A stretch of DNA of 64,000 nucleotides from the human T2T-CHM13v2.0 reference genome, Homo sapiens. The translations under genes were made by a program, and so were the position numbers. Where the stretch lies: assembly GCF_009914755.1 (NCBI RefSeq), contig NC_060942.1; one strand, 5' to 3'. Shown in pieces: positions 25,790-39,244 of this stretch. The notes under the pieces were generated by a model. That model was given only the letters and a program-made list of their open reading frames with translations. It did no database searches and had not been told where the DNA came from. Each line of letters begins with the position of its first letter. Position 1 is the stretch's first letter.

Positions 25790-27708
25790 TTTCTATAACA
25801 GTGCCTTTAAAAAGCAGTTCTTAATTTTGATGAAGTCCATTTTATCATTTTGTTTCTTTGTTTATGCTTAATGCTTTTGTTGTCATATTGAAGGAATGCT
25901 TTGCCTAATCCAAAGTCACAAGGATCTCCTATGTTTCTTCCAGAAGTGTTACCGGATTTAATTTTCCTTTTTGGCCTATGATCAATTTTGAGTTCATGTT
26001 TTGCATATGATGAAAATGCTATCCATTTTCCACTGAATTGCCTTTGCATCTTTGTCAAAAATCAGTTGATCATGGATATGTGGTTCTATTTCTGGATTCT
26101 ATTGGATTCCATTGATCTGCTTGTCTATCTTGATGTCAATTCCACATTGTCTGAATTACTGTAGCTTAATAATAAGTTTTGAAAACACTTAAGTGACATA
26201 AGTTTTCCAACTTTATTTTTCAAAGTTGTTTTATCTGCTTTCAGTCCTCTATCTTTCCCTGTGAATTTTATAATTTGCTTGTTGACTTGTACAAAGCCTG
26301 CTGCAATTTTGATTAGGACTGTGTGAATTCTAAATATCAATTTGGAGAGAATAGACATACTAGCAATATTGAGTCTTCCAACCCGTGAACAAGGCATGTT
26401 TCTCATTCTTTTAGGTTTTTATTGATTAATCTCAGCATAGTTTTGTAGTTTTCAGTATACAAGTCTGGCACAAATTTTGTCAGATTTATCCTTAAGTATA
26501 TTCTATTTTGTGCTATTATAAGTGGTGTTGCTTTTTAATTTCAATTTCTGATTAATTGTTGCTAGTATATGGAAATATAATACAGGTTTTTTTTTGTATC
26601 TCAGCCTTATATCTTGCAAACTTGCTAAAATCACTTAGTTCTAGTAGCTGTGTTTCTAGTTCCATGTCTGCTAATAAAGACAAAATTTCCTCTTTCTTTC
26701 ACATTTAGATAGCTTTTTTTTTTTCTTTGCCTTATTGCACTGACTTGATTAGAAGTAGTGAAAACAGACATCCTTGTCTGGTTCCTGATCTTAGGGGAAA
26801 GCACGAAGGCTCCCATCATTAAACGTGATATTAGCTGTAGGCTTTTCATAGGTGCCCTTTAACAGGTGAAGAAGGTCTCTTTTATTCGTAGTTTGTTGTG
26901 TTTATATCAGGAATAGATGTTGGATTCTGTCAAATGCTTTTTTGTTTCTTTTAGATGATCATATGGTTTTGTTAATATTGGGATTAATTTTTGAATGTTG
27001 AAACAATCTTGCGTTACTGGGAGAAACTCCACTTGGTCATGATGTATTTCCTATTTTGTCTAGTATTGGATGCAATTTGTTAAAATATTTTTAGAATTGC
27101 TCATCTCCATTCATGAGAGACATTAGTCTGTACTATTCCTATTTTGTAATATCTTTGTCTCACTTTGGTTTTAGGTAATTCTGGTCTCAAAGAATGAGTT
27201 GAGAAACATACCTACCTTTGCAATTTTCTGGAACAGATGTTGTATAATTGGTATTATTTCTTCCTTTAATGTTTGGTGAAACCATCCGAGACTGGAGTGG
27301 CTTTATATTGCAACTCTATTTTCATTAATAGATAGTGAACTATTCAAATTACATATTTCTTCTTGAGTTAGCTTTGGTAGCTTGTGTCTTTCAAGGAATT
27401 TGTTCATTTTCTAGTCATCAAATTTACTGTTGTAAAGTTGTTTATAATAGTCTCTTATTTTTCTTTTAATAGCTGTAAAATCTGTAGTAATACCATCGCT
27501 CTCATTTCTGAGATTAGTAGCTTGTGCCTTTTTCTCTTTTCTGATCAGTATGACTAGGTGTTGATAAATTTTATTGCTGTTTCTCAGAACCAGCTTTTGG
27601 TTTCATTGATTTTCACTATTGTTTTTCTGTCCACAACATTGATTTCTGCTCTGATCTTTATTATTTCCTTTTTCTGATTACTTCACATTTAATTTTTTCA
27701 CTTTTTGA

Positions 27709-28157
27709 TGTAACCGACCACGATCCCTGATGCACTGAACAAAGTAGGATGAACGCGGGAATAAAAGACAAAGACAAAAGAGTATATTTGGAAGAAGGGG
27801 TCGGGGGCACCTTGCCTCTAGTAGGCAAGGGCCCTAAACTTTTTCAGTCCTCCGTATTTATTAGGTAAAAGAGATAGCAAAAAAAGTGGGGGTGATTGTC
27901 GGGTAATTGTCAGTCGGCCGTTTGGTTCACAGCAGGCTTGTGACACTGCATCCTTTGAACAATAGGCGCTAGATTTTCCAGTAGATAACTTCAAGGAGCC
28001 TGGTGCCAGGGAGTGATGACCCTCAGCAAACCTCTTGGCGGCAGGTGCAGTGTGAGTTTACCCACATCCTGCATTCATGATAAACAGTTTGCTGTTTGAT
28101 CATATAGCCTCCAGTGGAATGCTGAGTTGGTCATGATCCCTTTGCTGGCTCTCTACA
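27709..28157 (-). mobile_element. Solo LTR3 (HERV-K HML-6 group)
   Basis: TG...CA ends; the reverse strand reads gaccaactcagcattccactggaggctatatgatcaaacagcaaactg; 6-bp TSD ttttga/ttttgg, the length typical of betaretroviruses. Confidence 0.8.
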
Positions 28158-28715
28158 TTTTGGGTATTTTTTTAGTTTTTTTAAGGTGAAACAGGTAATT
28201 GACTTGAAACTTTTCTTGGTTTTTAATATAGGTGTTTACCACCATAAAAAATTTCCCTAAGTATTGATTTAGTGGCATCAATAAATTTTGATATCCTTTG
28301 CATTTTTATTCAGTTCAAAATACATTCTGATTTTCCTTTTGATTTCTTTTTTGACTCATGAATTATTTGAAAGTGTAATTTTTAGTTTCCAGTTTTGATG
28401 ATTTCCAAAGATTTTATGTTATTGACTTCTAATTGAATCTCACCATAGTCAGATAACATGTTTTTAATGACTTGTATTCTTTTAAGATATTGAGATTTAT
28501 TTTATGCCCCTAAATATGGTCTATCTCAGGAAATGCTCCATGATCACTTGAAAAGAATGTATATTCTGCTGTTTTGGGGTGTAGTGCTCTGTAAATGTGA
28601 ATTCCATGAAGTTGGTGATAGTGTTGTTCAGGTCTTCTATATAATTACCAATGTTGTGTCTGCCTGTTCTAGCAATTGTTGAGAGATGAGTGTTGACATG
28701 TCCAACTATAATTGT

Positions 28716-29371
28716 TGACAGGTCCAGCTCTAGGTCAAAATCCCATATGTGATCCCATAGGCCTGACCATAGGCAACTACAAGGCAGGCTGCATGGGGGA
28801 GGTGGGGGGAAGCTGCCCTGCTCACAGATTTGGTGCACAGCCAGGGCATTGAAGTGTCCAGTGGGAGCTGCAGTCAAGGACTCAGGCCCTTGAGCCAGGC
28901 CATGCCTTTATGCATCTCTACATTCCGAGCTCAGACAGCTTCACTCAGAGCCCTCCTTATGAGGGGAGCAGAGGCCTTCGCTGAGACACTGTTCAGGAGC
29001 CTCTGAAGAGACTTTCTTATCAGGAGCCTTGAAGACACTCTCTTGCACTCAAGCTCAGCACTCAGTACTTTTCCACTTCTAGTCCATCCTTCCCCCATCC
29101 CATCCCTCCTGTCCCTCCCCTTGGCTCCTGGGTCCACAAAATGGCAGGAACCTTGCGTTTGGGACTTCTAGGCAATGAGACAATTCTCCCACCTCTGCTG
29201 CTTGTCATCTGACCCTTCCTGGTGCTGTTCCATGGGGAAAATAATGGCACCATGTCCTGGGTAGCCTCTTCTTATCACAGTAAGCAAATAAAAGCTTGAC
29301 TGTTACTTTCAGTGGGGCTAGTTGTCCTAATTCAACACCTTAACACCTGAAAGTACTCACATACATGCCCC

Positions 29372-29402
<31 letters not shown>

Positions 29403-32400
29403 TTTGACAAAGGAGCTGAGTGGTCAATTAAGCACAATGCCTTTTTGGAAAAACAAAAAGCCTAAAAGTCCTTCAGGGCACAGTAGAGGTGCTGGTGGTT
29501 CATCTGCAAGAGTCTGAGGGTACCGCAGAACACTTGCCAGCCATGCCACGGGGTGTCTGGGAGGTGCCAGTGGACCCCGCAGGGCACCCTTAGAGTGTGC
29601 TAATGTGTTGTTTACAGAAGCTTTTCGGTTCCGAGGGGGATCATTGGTCCTCAGCTGGGTACTACTTGGGCTCCGACAGATCTGGCAGGTTTGGTACACT
29701 GTAACAAGACCCATGCCATTGAAAAACACTTCTGGATGCCCTTCGCAGAGGCTATAGTAGCCCCGCAAGTCACCCTGGGGGTCCTCTGGGTCTACAATGA
29801 GGGGCTGGGGGAAGCAGAGGATAAGACTGTTCACCAGACTCAGATTTCAAGAATTTTTATGCCACTACTGCTGGTTATCAAGCCCAGGTAAACCTCATAA
29901 GGCCAGCTCAGTCCGTCCCAGACACAATCCAGCTATTTTAACAAATGCCTAAGGCATGGAAAGAGTGGCTGCTTCCAAGAAAACAGATTGCAGAAGCAGG
30001 GAGGCAAAGATGACTATCCGGCGCCCTCTACTGGACGATCTAGGCAATGACATTCCCAAATTGCTCTCTGAGCCTGATGATTCAATAAAGGGGCTCTCAA
30101 AGGAGGAGACTGAAGAGTTCCTCACCAAGATACCAGACCATGGGGGGCCCAGCAGGCAGCTCACGAGGGTTTGCATGGTGATAGCCCCTATGACTGATTC
30201 AAGCATTATGCTTGTTGTCATCCCTCCCAGTGACTCTGGAGATGACTTGAAGAGCCTCACGATCCTCTCCCCAGACAGCTAGACTTTTACAAATTAACAA
30301 GACTAGGGGTTAGGCTGAGGTCCCTCTGTCCCCAGGGATGACTAGAAGCCCTAGCCAATGTCAGAGTTCAGTGAGGAGGTGGGAGGAAATGTCCTTCTTG
30401 GCCATGCTGAACATCTGTGCACTGCTACCTCTGATCCCCACAATCCCTGGCACCAGGATGAGGGGGAAACAGATAATGTTCTCTGGTTTAGGGTCTGAGA
30501 CCACCACCACCTGCTCTGTCTCTGGGAAGGGACCTTTGGGCCCCTAGAGGCCTTTACGTTATGGCTCCCATGACTGCATGTGTTCTTGGTATAGATGTAT
30601 TGTCTATATGTGCCCCTACTGGCCTTCACCCTCAATCCCTGATGGAAATTGCTGCACTTAGGGTCATCTTAGTGGGACATGGGAAAGGCTGTGAGTGTAC
30701 CCAATTACTGTCGCCTAGGCCATTGTATCCCCACCTGCTTTAGAGAGGAAAAAAATAACTGCTGTCATTATGTCACTAAAACATCAGGAATTCCATCTAG
30801 GTCCTTCTGTTCACTGCACAGAAAGCCAATCAGTGAGACAATGAGTATTGCAAAGACGAATGAAAACTTTAATTGGGTGCTACAGCTGAGGAGATGGGAG
30901 ATAAGTCTCAAATCCATCTCCCTGACCAGCTAAAATTAGGAATTTATATAGCAGGGAAGAAATGTAACCATGTGTGGGGAAACAGGAATTAGGGAGAAGT
31001 AAGGAAGAGGAATTGGTCAACAGGAAGCAGGTGGTTGCGTAGGCCATCATGATGGGTGAGGGGTCGGGTTTCTCATTGTCCAGATGTGTAGACCTGGTGG
31101 GTTTTAGCTGCTTGATAATATCTGCAAGCACTGATGGTTGGCTTCCTGAGAAAGGAACTCAGATAACTGTAATTTTCTTGAGTTTTAAGACTATGAGGGT
31201 TAATTTATATGCTTTTTCAAAATAAACCATAAATATTAGTTTTATGGGACAATTGGGCTGGTTTCAATTGCTAAGCTTGAGGCAAAGTTCCTGAGAAACT
31301 GTTCCTCCATACAGTAGCTCTGTCTGGCCTGCGCACATGGCCTCAGGTACCTGGTGATCCTCTGTCTATTACAGGTGGCTCAAGCCTGTGGTGCCATTCT
31401 TTGCATTGGCAGTATCTGACATTTTGATTCTTACAGAGGCTACTGGAGGGAACTTGGTATGGGACAGTTGATATCATCAATGCCTTTTTCAGCATCCTCC
31501 CACACGGAGAAGTCCAGGATCAACTTGCCTTTATGTGGAATGGGTTGCAATCCACCTTTAATGTCCTTTCACAAAGTGACCTAAATTCCCCACATAGCTG
31601 CCATCAATGAATAGGTTATGCTCTGGGGAGAGTTGCTTGCCTGGAGGAAGCACTAGCCTTGCACTCTATTGATGACATCCTCCTTGTGAACCCAAACAAA
31701 GACATTGCCAAATAAGGACTAGGTGCTTGAGGACTGATGACTTTCACGCAGCAACCCAACTACACCATTAACAGACAGAGACCCCAAGTGAATTTCCTGG
31801 TTGTAATCTGGGCAAGTGGCACAACATCTCGTTTAGAGGAGATGACTGCCAAGCTTTTGGCTGTCTCTGCCCCAGCAAATAAAAAGGATGCCCAGTGATT
31901 TGTGGGCTTATTCATCTACTGTTACTGTCACATTTCCCTTGTGGGGATTTTGATGGGACCCAACTAAGAGGTTACTAGAAAAGGCTGCTATGTTTCAATG
32001 GGGCCCATTCAACAGGCTACCACAGCCATCCAAGTACCCTCCCTTCCCCTGGACCCCATGGATCCACATTTGCCATTCGACTTACAGGTCTCAACAACAT
32101 TTCAGTTCCTTTACTATCGCTCATAGTAGAAAAATAACATCAGACACTTGTTGGGTTTTTCAACTTATAAGATCCTGGAGTCAGCTGAAAGGGAGTCAGC
32201 CAAAAGGCACATACACTTTGAGAAACAATTATTGTCCTGTTATTGGGCCTAGGTAGATATGCATGAGTACGTGACTCACGGCTGTGATATAGTTTTATGA
32301 TCCCAAATTCCAATCATGTTATGAGTGAGCAGAGGCCTCAAATATCCAGGTGGGTGTGGCTTAAGAGTATTCTCTAGTGAATGAAAATGTTCTACACAGA

Positions 32401-35400
32401 AGCAGGTAAAACCCAGCCCAGCTGGGGCCTTCAACTCAATGGCAAGGACTCAGGAGTGTTGTCCCCCTCCCAGGCATGTCGTCCAATGAGCCACTGCCTT
32501 CACTTGGCCAATGGGAACTCAGATACAAGGACCTTCTGGGCCACACATAAGCCTGGTTCACTGACGGTGTCTCTTGATTAACATTTACTATGCTGGAATG
32601 AGGTGCAGCTGTCATACAACCTGAGATAGATCTATCCCTTGGCAAGTTCAGCATAAATGTGCAAAGCTTTATAAAGTATGGTTGGCTACCCAGGCTCCCT
32701 CAACAAAGGAGCCCTGCTATATTTTCACTGACTCATGGGCTGTAGTTAATGGTCTGAACATTTGATTGAGCTACTGGCAAAATTGTGCTGACATGTAAAA
32801 CACATCCCTCTCTTGGGATGAGACATTCGGATAAAATTCAATTCTACTCCTAATAAGCTCTTTGTTATCCTTGTGGGTGCTCACCAGAGAGCTCCCTATG
32901 CTGACAAAGGCAATGAGCCAATCAAGGCAATGAGCAGACCGTGCATGTCAGCTAAACATGGAGAATGATTTGTCATCTGCCCCAGAGATAACAGATATTC
33001 AACTCATTGCCTCTGATCCATGAGAGGAAGGGCCCTGGGAATCAAGATGCCATCCTAGCCTGGATCTGTATGCATGAACTATTATCTTCAAAAGATGCCA
33101 ACACAGCATGAAAAAGATAATCCACCCGCCAGACCCTGAGCAAGGCTAAACATTCTGCTCAGGGACAGATCCTTCTGGTCAAAAAGGCCAGGATGTTCTT
33201 TGCAGGTTGATCACACTAGTCCCCTCATCCCATCCAGAGCATTCTGCTGGATCCTAAATGTAGTTGATGAGTTCTCTGTATTTGGACTAGTCATCCCCAT
33301 GTGTTTCCCTGACTCAGGCAACACTCTTCAGTCCCTCCAAAACCATATTTGTTTATTTCTCTGGCTTCCTGAATACATTGTATCTAATAATGGCCCAAAC
33401 GATACATTTGCAGCCCAAACTATACATGGGTCAAATTATGAGGCATGATGGATTCTCCATGCTCTGTATCATCTACAAGCCACAGCAATGATCGCATATT
33501 TTAACAGGAAAAGAACAGGTTGAAGTGGCTGATGGAAATGGACAATATAATCCCAGCCTGGCTACATGTCTCAGGTGTGCAATTTGGGGTCTCACTGCGG
33601 CAATTCTCTAAGTGCACTTCTCATTTGTGCTGTGTGATTGATTGGGCTATCTGTCTCTTTCCCTCAGTTGCACACCCCTCTTTTAAAATTATTGGCAAAT
33701 CAGTTTCCATGGTGGATCATGCAAGTTCCCTCCATCCTTTTTGAGCCCTTCCTGAAGACCAAAATCAGTGGGAGATCAGGAAGGCTACTAAACAGCACAG
33801 ATTGGGAGGCATGAACTTGCTTCTCCATTTACTCCCTGGTTGCAGTGCCTGAATTTTGCCTACAAGGACTTCAAAGATAATAACCATCAATTCAATGTCT
33901 CAACATTTTCCCTAAGGTGGCCCTGCTGCTTTACTCCGTGTAGCCCCATGGGATACATATCAAATATCAAATAGAAACTTTGATGGAACCCCAGGAGAAG
34001 CCAAGCCAGAATATTTAGGTTCACCATTCTAAGAATGAATTAAGAGCACTATTCTTGCTCATGGCACGGGACAGACTGCCCATGTCACAGTCAATGAGGA
34101 GTCTCCTGAACTAATAAGACATGAGAACCTTTGGTCCTGTGAACTCAGATACGGGGCAAGAAGTGGGATCTAACCTCTCTCCTCTCTCTCATGGGTAGTC
34201 TGTGTGACTCTGGCCTTACAAAATTCATTCGTAGGCCTGACTCAGGCAGCTGCCATCATGCTGAACTTGACTAGTAGTTGGATATGCCACTCACTCCTTG
34301 ACCCCATATGTAAATCTTTGGCTGCCATGCCACTGAATAGCATGAGTGGACATTTCTTCAACTATGGAGCTTTCTGGCATCTCAGGTGCCCTAACACACC
34401 CGGACCCAATGTGTTACCTGATATGTGGACCCTGGTACTGTAGGAACGAAATGACTTCCTAGTTGTCAACTCAATGCTGTTCCACATGGGAGCAACTGGG
34501 AAGAGGAGCCTGGGTCTGTTACTGGGCTATTTTGGCCTTGATGGTGGTGACCTTCTCCTCTCCTCCACTTGTCCCCTCCTTGTACAGACTCTTCAGTTCC
34601 ACTCAGGGACTCTGCCTACTGCCTACCAAGAAGGACTTCTAGGGGGTTGAACCTTATGGTAGTCAATGACTCTTACACTCCCAACCCGATGTATACCTTT
34701 AGAGTATTCTTTCTTTTCTAAACACCAGGCCTTTACCTTCCTTTTTGATAGCCTTGTAATCTGCACGAATGGGGCATTAATAAGAATTTTTCAAATATTC
34801 CAAGCAACCTCTCCCAAGGAGCATGTTGCACCAGGCTGAGTAAGGCATGAGCTCCAGAACCAAGCCTACCCTGGTTACTTGGAGGGCTTACCGGGTGAGA
34901 AGCACTGCTGACCCTCTTTGCTCATGTGTATGCTCTGGGTGGTTTTTCCCACTGCTCAGGTCCCTCAGTGAGAAAAGGTTGTGCACCTGTCTCTTACCAT
35001 CACTGAGGTCATTAACAACACTACCTTAGTTTTGGAGACACAACAGATCAGCCTCAGCTCTTTGGTTTGAGTATTTGAGCAGCTGCATAGCCCTGGACTT
35101 CCAGCTGGCCAGCCAAGGAGAGTCTGTGCCACTGTCAACACCTCGTGGTGCACCTGGATCAATGAATCTGACAAAGTGGAAGAGTCCGGCTCTCTAAAGC
35201 AGACTCTGCTGACCTTTGAAACATCTTATCCTGGATTGGCATTGTTGGGGGCTCATGGCTATGTTTAATCTTCCAAGAAGTCCTTATCATCCTATTTGGA
35301 AACATTTCAATGATGAACTTGGTCCATTGCTGGCTCAGACTAATTACCGGGTTATTGTCATAATCCCGCAAATTCCATTTATTTAGGACCATGATAGGGT

Positions 35401-35924
35401 AGTCTTTGCTTCTTTCAAGGATCCTGAAAAATTAAGAGGTGAAGTTGAAGAGTACAACTTCAGGACAAAATCCTAAATGGAATCTTTCAGGCCCAACCAT
35501 ATGCAATTACAGATATTCTACTCTTGGGTGAAATCTGCCCTTCTCCCACCAGACTTCATAGCTAGTGCTTTGTGATCTCGGGAGGGAGGCACCATCAAAG
35601 GCTTAGGACCCCCTGGGCCAGCCATGCCCTGTGCCTACCTGCATTTCTAGCTCTGGCCCCTCCATTCAGAGGCCTCCTTATGGGGCAGGGGCTCTGTTGG
35701 GACACTGCCAAGACCTCCTTATTAGGGGGCCTGGAGATACTTTTCTCCACTCTGACTCAATACTCGGTGCTTTTCCATTACTAGCTCTTCCCCTTCCTCC
35801 AGACTCCAGCTCCAATCTCCCTCTCTCCCCTGCCCCCACAAATGAATAAAAGCCTGACTGTCACTCTCCCATTTGGCTCAGTGTCTTAATGGACCACCTC
35901 AACACCTGGCAGCTCTCTCTAACA
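28716..35924 (+). mobile_element. Decayed class-III (ERVL-related) provirus: LTR-gag-pro-pol-env-LTR
   Basis: 5-bp TSD ATTGT (28711-15 and 35925-29). LTRs at 28716-29408 and 35446-35924. PR-like FLAMLNICA (~30395), RT DIINAFF (31470) and HSIDD (31662), RNase H WFTDG (~32554) and FTDSWAVVNGL (~32724), IN QVDHTSPL (33203), env TM IALDFQLASQG..CATVNTSWCTWINES (35087-35169). Many stops and frameshifts. Confidence 0.9.
30771..31266 (-). mobile_element. ERV1 (MER4-group, LTR54-like) solo LTR nested in the provirus
   Basis: TG...CA ends, 4-bp TSD atta/attg; homologous to the copy at 60442-60951. Confidence 0.75.
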
Positions 35925-36464
35925 ATTGTGGACTTTTTATCTTCATGGTTACATTTGGTTTTACTTCATGTATTTCGAATCTCTCTTACTAGCAGAGGAA
36001 TAAAAATGTAGGATTGCTATGTAGGATTTGACCTCCTTTATCATGATGAAATAACCTTCTTCATCTCCAGTAATATTCTCCACTCTGAGATATACTTTGT
36101 TAGATGTTATTATAGTCACCCCAGCTTTCTTTTGATTAGAATAGTATGTTGCACATTTTACCTTCATTTACTTTTAACCTATTTGTGTAAATGCAAGGTG
36201 AATTTCTTGTAGACAGTATATGTTTGGGTCTTACTTTTAACCAGTCTGACAATCTCTGTTTTTTAACGGAATCAAGAATGAGTACTAAGGAAGTGAATTT
36301 TTTTATAATGTCCTAGAATTAGTGGTGATAGTGTCACGAGTCTGTGAATATACTAAAAATCACTGCATTGCACGTATTAAAAGGGTGCTTTTTAGTATGT
36401 GAATTATATCTCAATGAAACCATCATTTAAAAAATCAGAGTGGGGACCTAAGGCACTACTGTAA

Positions 36465-36883
<419 letters not shown>

Positions 36884-37649
36884 TAATCCAGGCTCAAGTT
36901 AGAATGCACGGATTCTGGCTACTTTGAAGGGCATCTACTGGGGGACAGGTCTGGGAAACGCTTTCTACTTCAGTAAGTCATTTGTTCTGTTCTCTTCCTC
37001 TGGACATCTTGTCCTGGACGTGAAATGCTTCCAGTTGCGGAGGCCCCTTGTGACCAACCTGAGGATGAAGTTGGGGCAGTGAGTGAGGGAGAATGTGAGT
37101 CTCTGATGACATCACGGGCTGCTGAGTCAGCCTGAAGCCCGCCCTGCCTCTGAACCCCCCGATAGAGGACGTAGCAGTGTCCCCAGCCACTCTGTGTCTG
37201 AGCCACGCAGTCTGCACGTGTTTCTGTCATGTGCAGCCCAGGGACAGAACCACTCACACTTAGCACCGTGGCTCCAGCGCCAGGGGTGGAAAAGAGCTTA
37301 GGTGTCAGGAGTTAGGACGCCTGGCTCTGTATATGGGGTCAGGAATGCTACTAATTACTTGTGGCACACATCATTTTCTTTTCAGGTGAGTCCCTGATAC
37401 ATGTAAGAAATAAAGACCCAAGGCTCCTCCCTACTCTGAAATAGGAGTCCGCCACCCTCCCTTTGCTTGCTTGAAACAGAAAAGCCCAGGGTCCCAACTT
37501 CTCTTGCCCCTCCTCCAAAATCCTCTCTATGTAACAGCCCAAAGCGTGGATGAGTCCTTTGCACCACCAGCTTCCCCTGGGTTTCGGCCTCCAGTTAATT
37601 TCAAGACACTTTCCCTTTCAGAATCGTTTTGGAGTCCTCCTTGCAAGAG

Positions 37650-38100
37650 CAGGAGGCCAGTGCGCTCAAGCCAGCCCTGGGTCCCCCGCGGGGCCCTCGC
37701 GTGCGGTCACCTGCTCTTCCCGCGGCGGGGTGAGGCCTTGGAGAAGCCGGGGAGGGCGGGTGCTGGGGAAGGGGCGTCGGCCGACCCCGCCCCGGGTCCC
37801 CCACGCGGCCCCAGCCTCTCCCAGGAGGTAGGGACTCACCCCGACCGCGGGTCCGCCCTCGGTGCCGACTCGTGCCCCACCGCCGCCTGCAGTCGCCGCC
37901 GTCTGTGGTCGCCGCCGCCTGCGGTCGTGCCCTTTGAGAAGGAAGGCAGAAGGCCCCCAAGCCGGCGGGGCCGGGATAATAAGGTCTGTGGGTGTCTGCA
38001 GGCCCGAATGGAAGCCCCCGGCACGCTCAGCCACCAGTGCCCGGGAGTCCTGCGTTCTTGGCCGTCTGACCGCATTTCCATCTCCTCTCCTCGCATTCTC
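37650..38100 (-). promoter_or_regulatory. Orphan CpG island with a first-exon-like segment and a minus-strand donor GGG|GTGAGT (37839-37834)
   Basis: High CpG density, GC boxes and GGC runs; collinear similarity to the SERPINB8 promoter on the opposite strand. Confidence 0.75.
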
Positions 38101-38459
38101 TTCTCAGGCACCTGCCTACTGACACCTGGCCTCAGTCTTCTCAGGAAAGGTCCTGCTAAAACTAGCGCTCCAAATCCACTTCTAAGTGCAAGCACTTCTT
38201 GTCCCTCCTAATTCTTTTATTCAGTTCCACGTTGTCGAGCCCCCTTTTACCCAGCACTGTTCCTGATGCTGAGTTGGGGCCACCGGGACTGATTTTAGAG
38301 AGTTTGCCTGGTAGAGGAGCTGCCAATCACAGGAGTAATGACAATGCAGTGATTGATGGGTTAGTCTGAGGAAGTGCAGGTGGGAAAGAGTGAAGTGGGG
38401 ACCATCTCCAGGGTAGGGACTGGGGAAGCCGCTGAGGCAGTGATGTTGAAGTAAAGGCA

Positions 38460-38569
38460 TAGATTATGTGCAAATTCCATGGCATTTTATATCAGAGACT
38501 TGAGCACCGGGGGGTATTAGTATCTGTGGGAGGTCCTAGAACCAAACTCCATTGGATATTGAGGGACAA

Positions 38570-38601
<32 letters not shown>

Positions 38602-39022
38602 TTGTTATGAGAAATTGGCTCATGCAATTACGGAAACTGAGAAGTGCTAAGATCTGCAGTAAGCAAGCTGGAGATTCAAGAAAGCTGGTGGAGTAGTTCC
38701 AGCCTGAATGTGAAGGCCTGAGAACCTGGAGAGCTGGTGGTGTAAGTTCCAGTCAGAGGGCAGGAGGAGACTGATGCTCCAATTCCAGTGTCAGGCAGGT
38801 GAAATTTCCTCTTACTCAGACATTTTGTTGTATGCAGGCCTTTGGTTGACTGGAGGGGGGCCACCCACATTAAGGAGGGCAGTCAGCTTTACTTGGTGTA
38901 CCATTGCAAAATGTCAGTCTCACCCAGAAACACCCTCACAGACATACCTAGCATAATGATGTTCCAAATGTCTGGGCATCCTGTGGCCCAGAAAAATTGA
39001 TAAACAGAATTAACCATTGCAC
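38460..39022. mobile_element. MER2/Tigger fragment, (TG)n, then MLT2 (ERVL) LTR
   Basis: ccatggcattttatatcagagacttgagc ... gagggacaa; (TG)n at 38571-38599; gaaattggctcatgcaatta ... aattaaccattgca. Confidence 0.7.
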
Positions 39023-39244
39023 ATTTTAAAATTACATTCTATTTGGCCTCTGGAGGATATACACACTCTCTTTCTCACTCTGACATGGTATTGCTTTCCT
39101 AGTGGGTATTGATTTCTTGTTTAAAATAAAATAATCTCTTTTTAAAGGAAAAATTTTATGGAGTATTTGAGAAAACTATTTTGCCTATATCTTTTTGGAG
39201 ACCGGAAGACAATAGTGGTAATTTTAAAGTGTTTTTCTCAACAG

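Noticed and set aside
34150-35400. Domesticated syncytin-like env
   Set aside because: Multiple stops and frameshifts, with mutated furin, ISD and CX6CC motifs; no long ORF.
37471-38211. 246-aa ORF, the longest in the track
   Set aside because: TTG start, spans the CpG island, no recognisable domain; a GC-content artefact.
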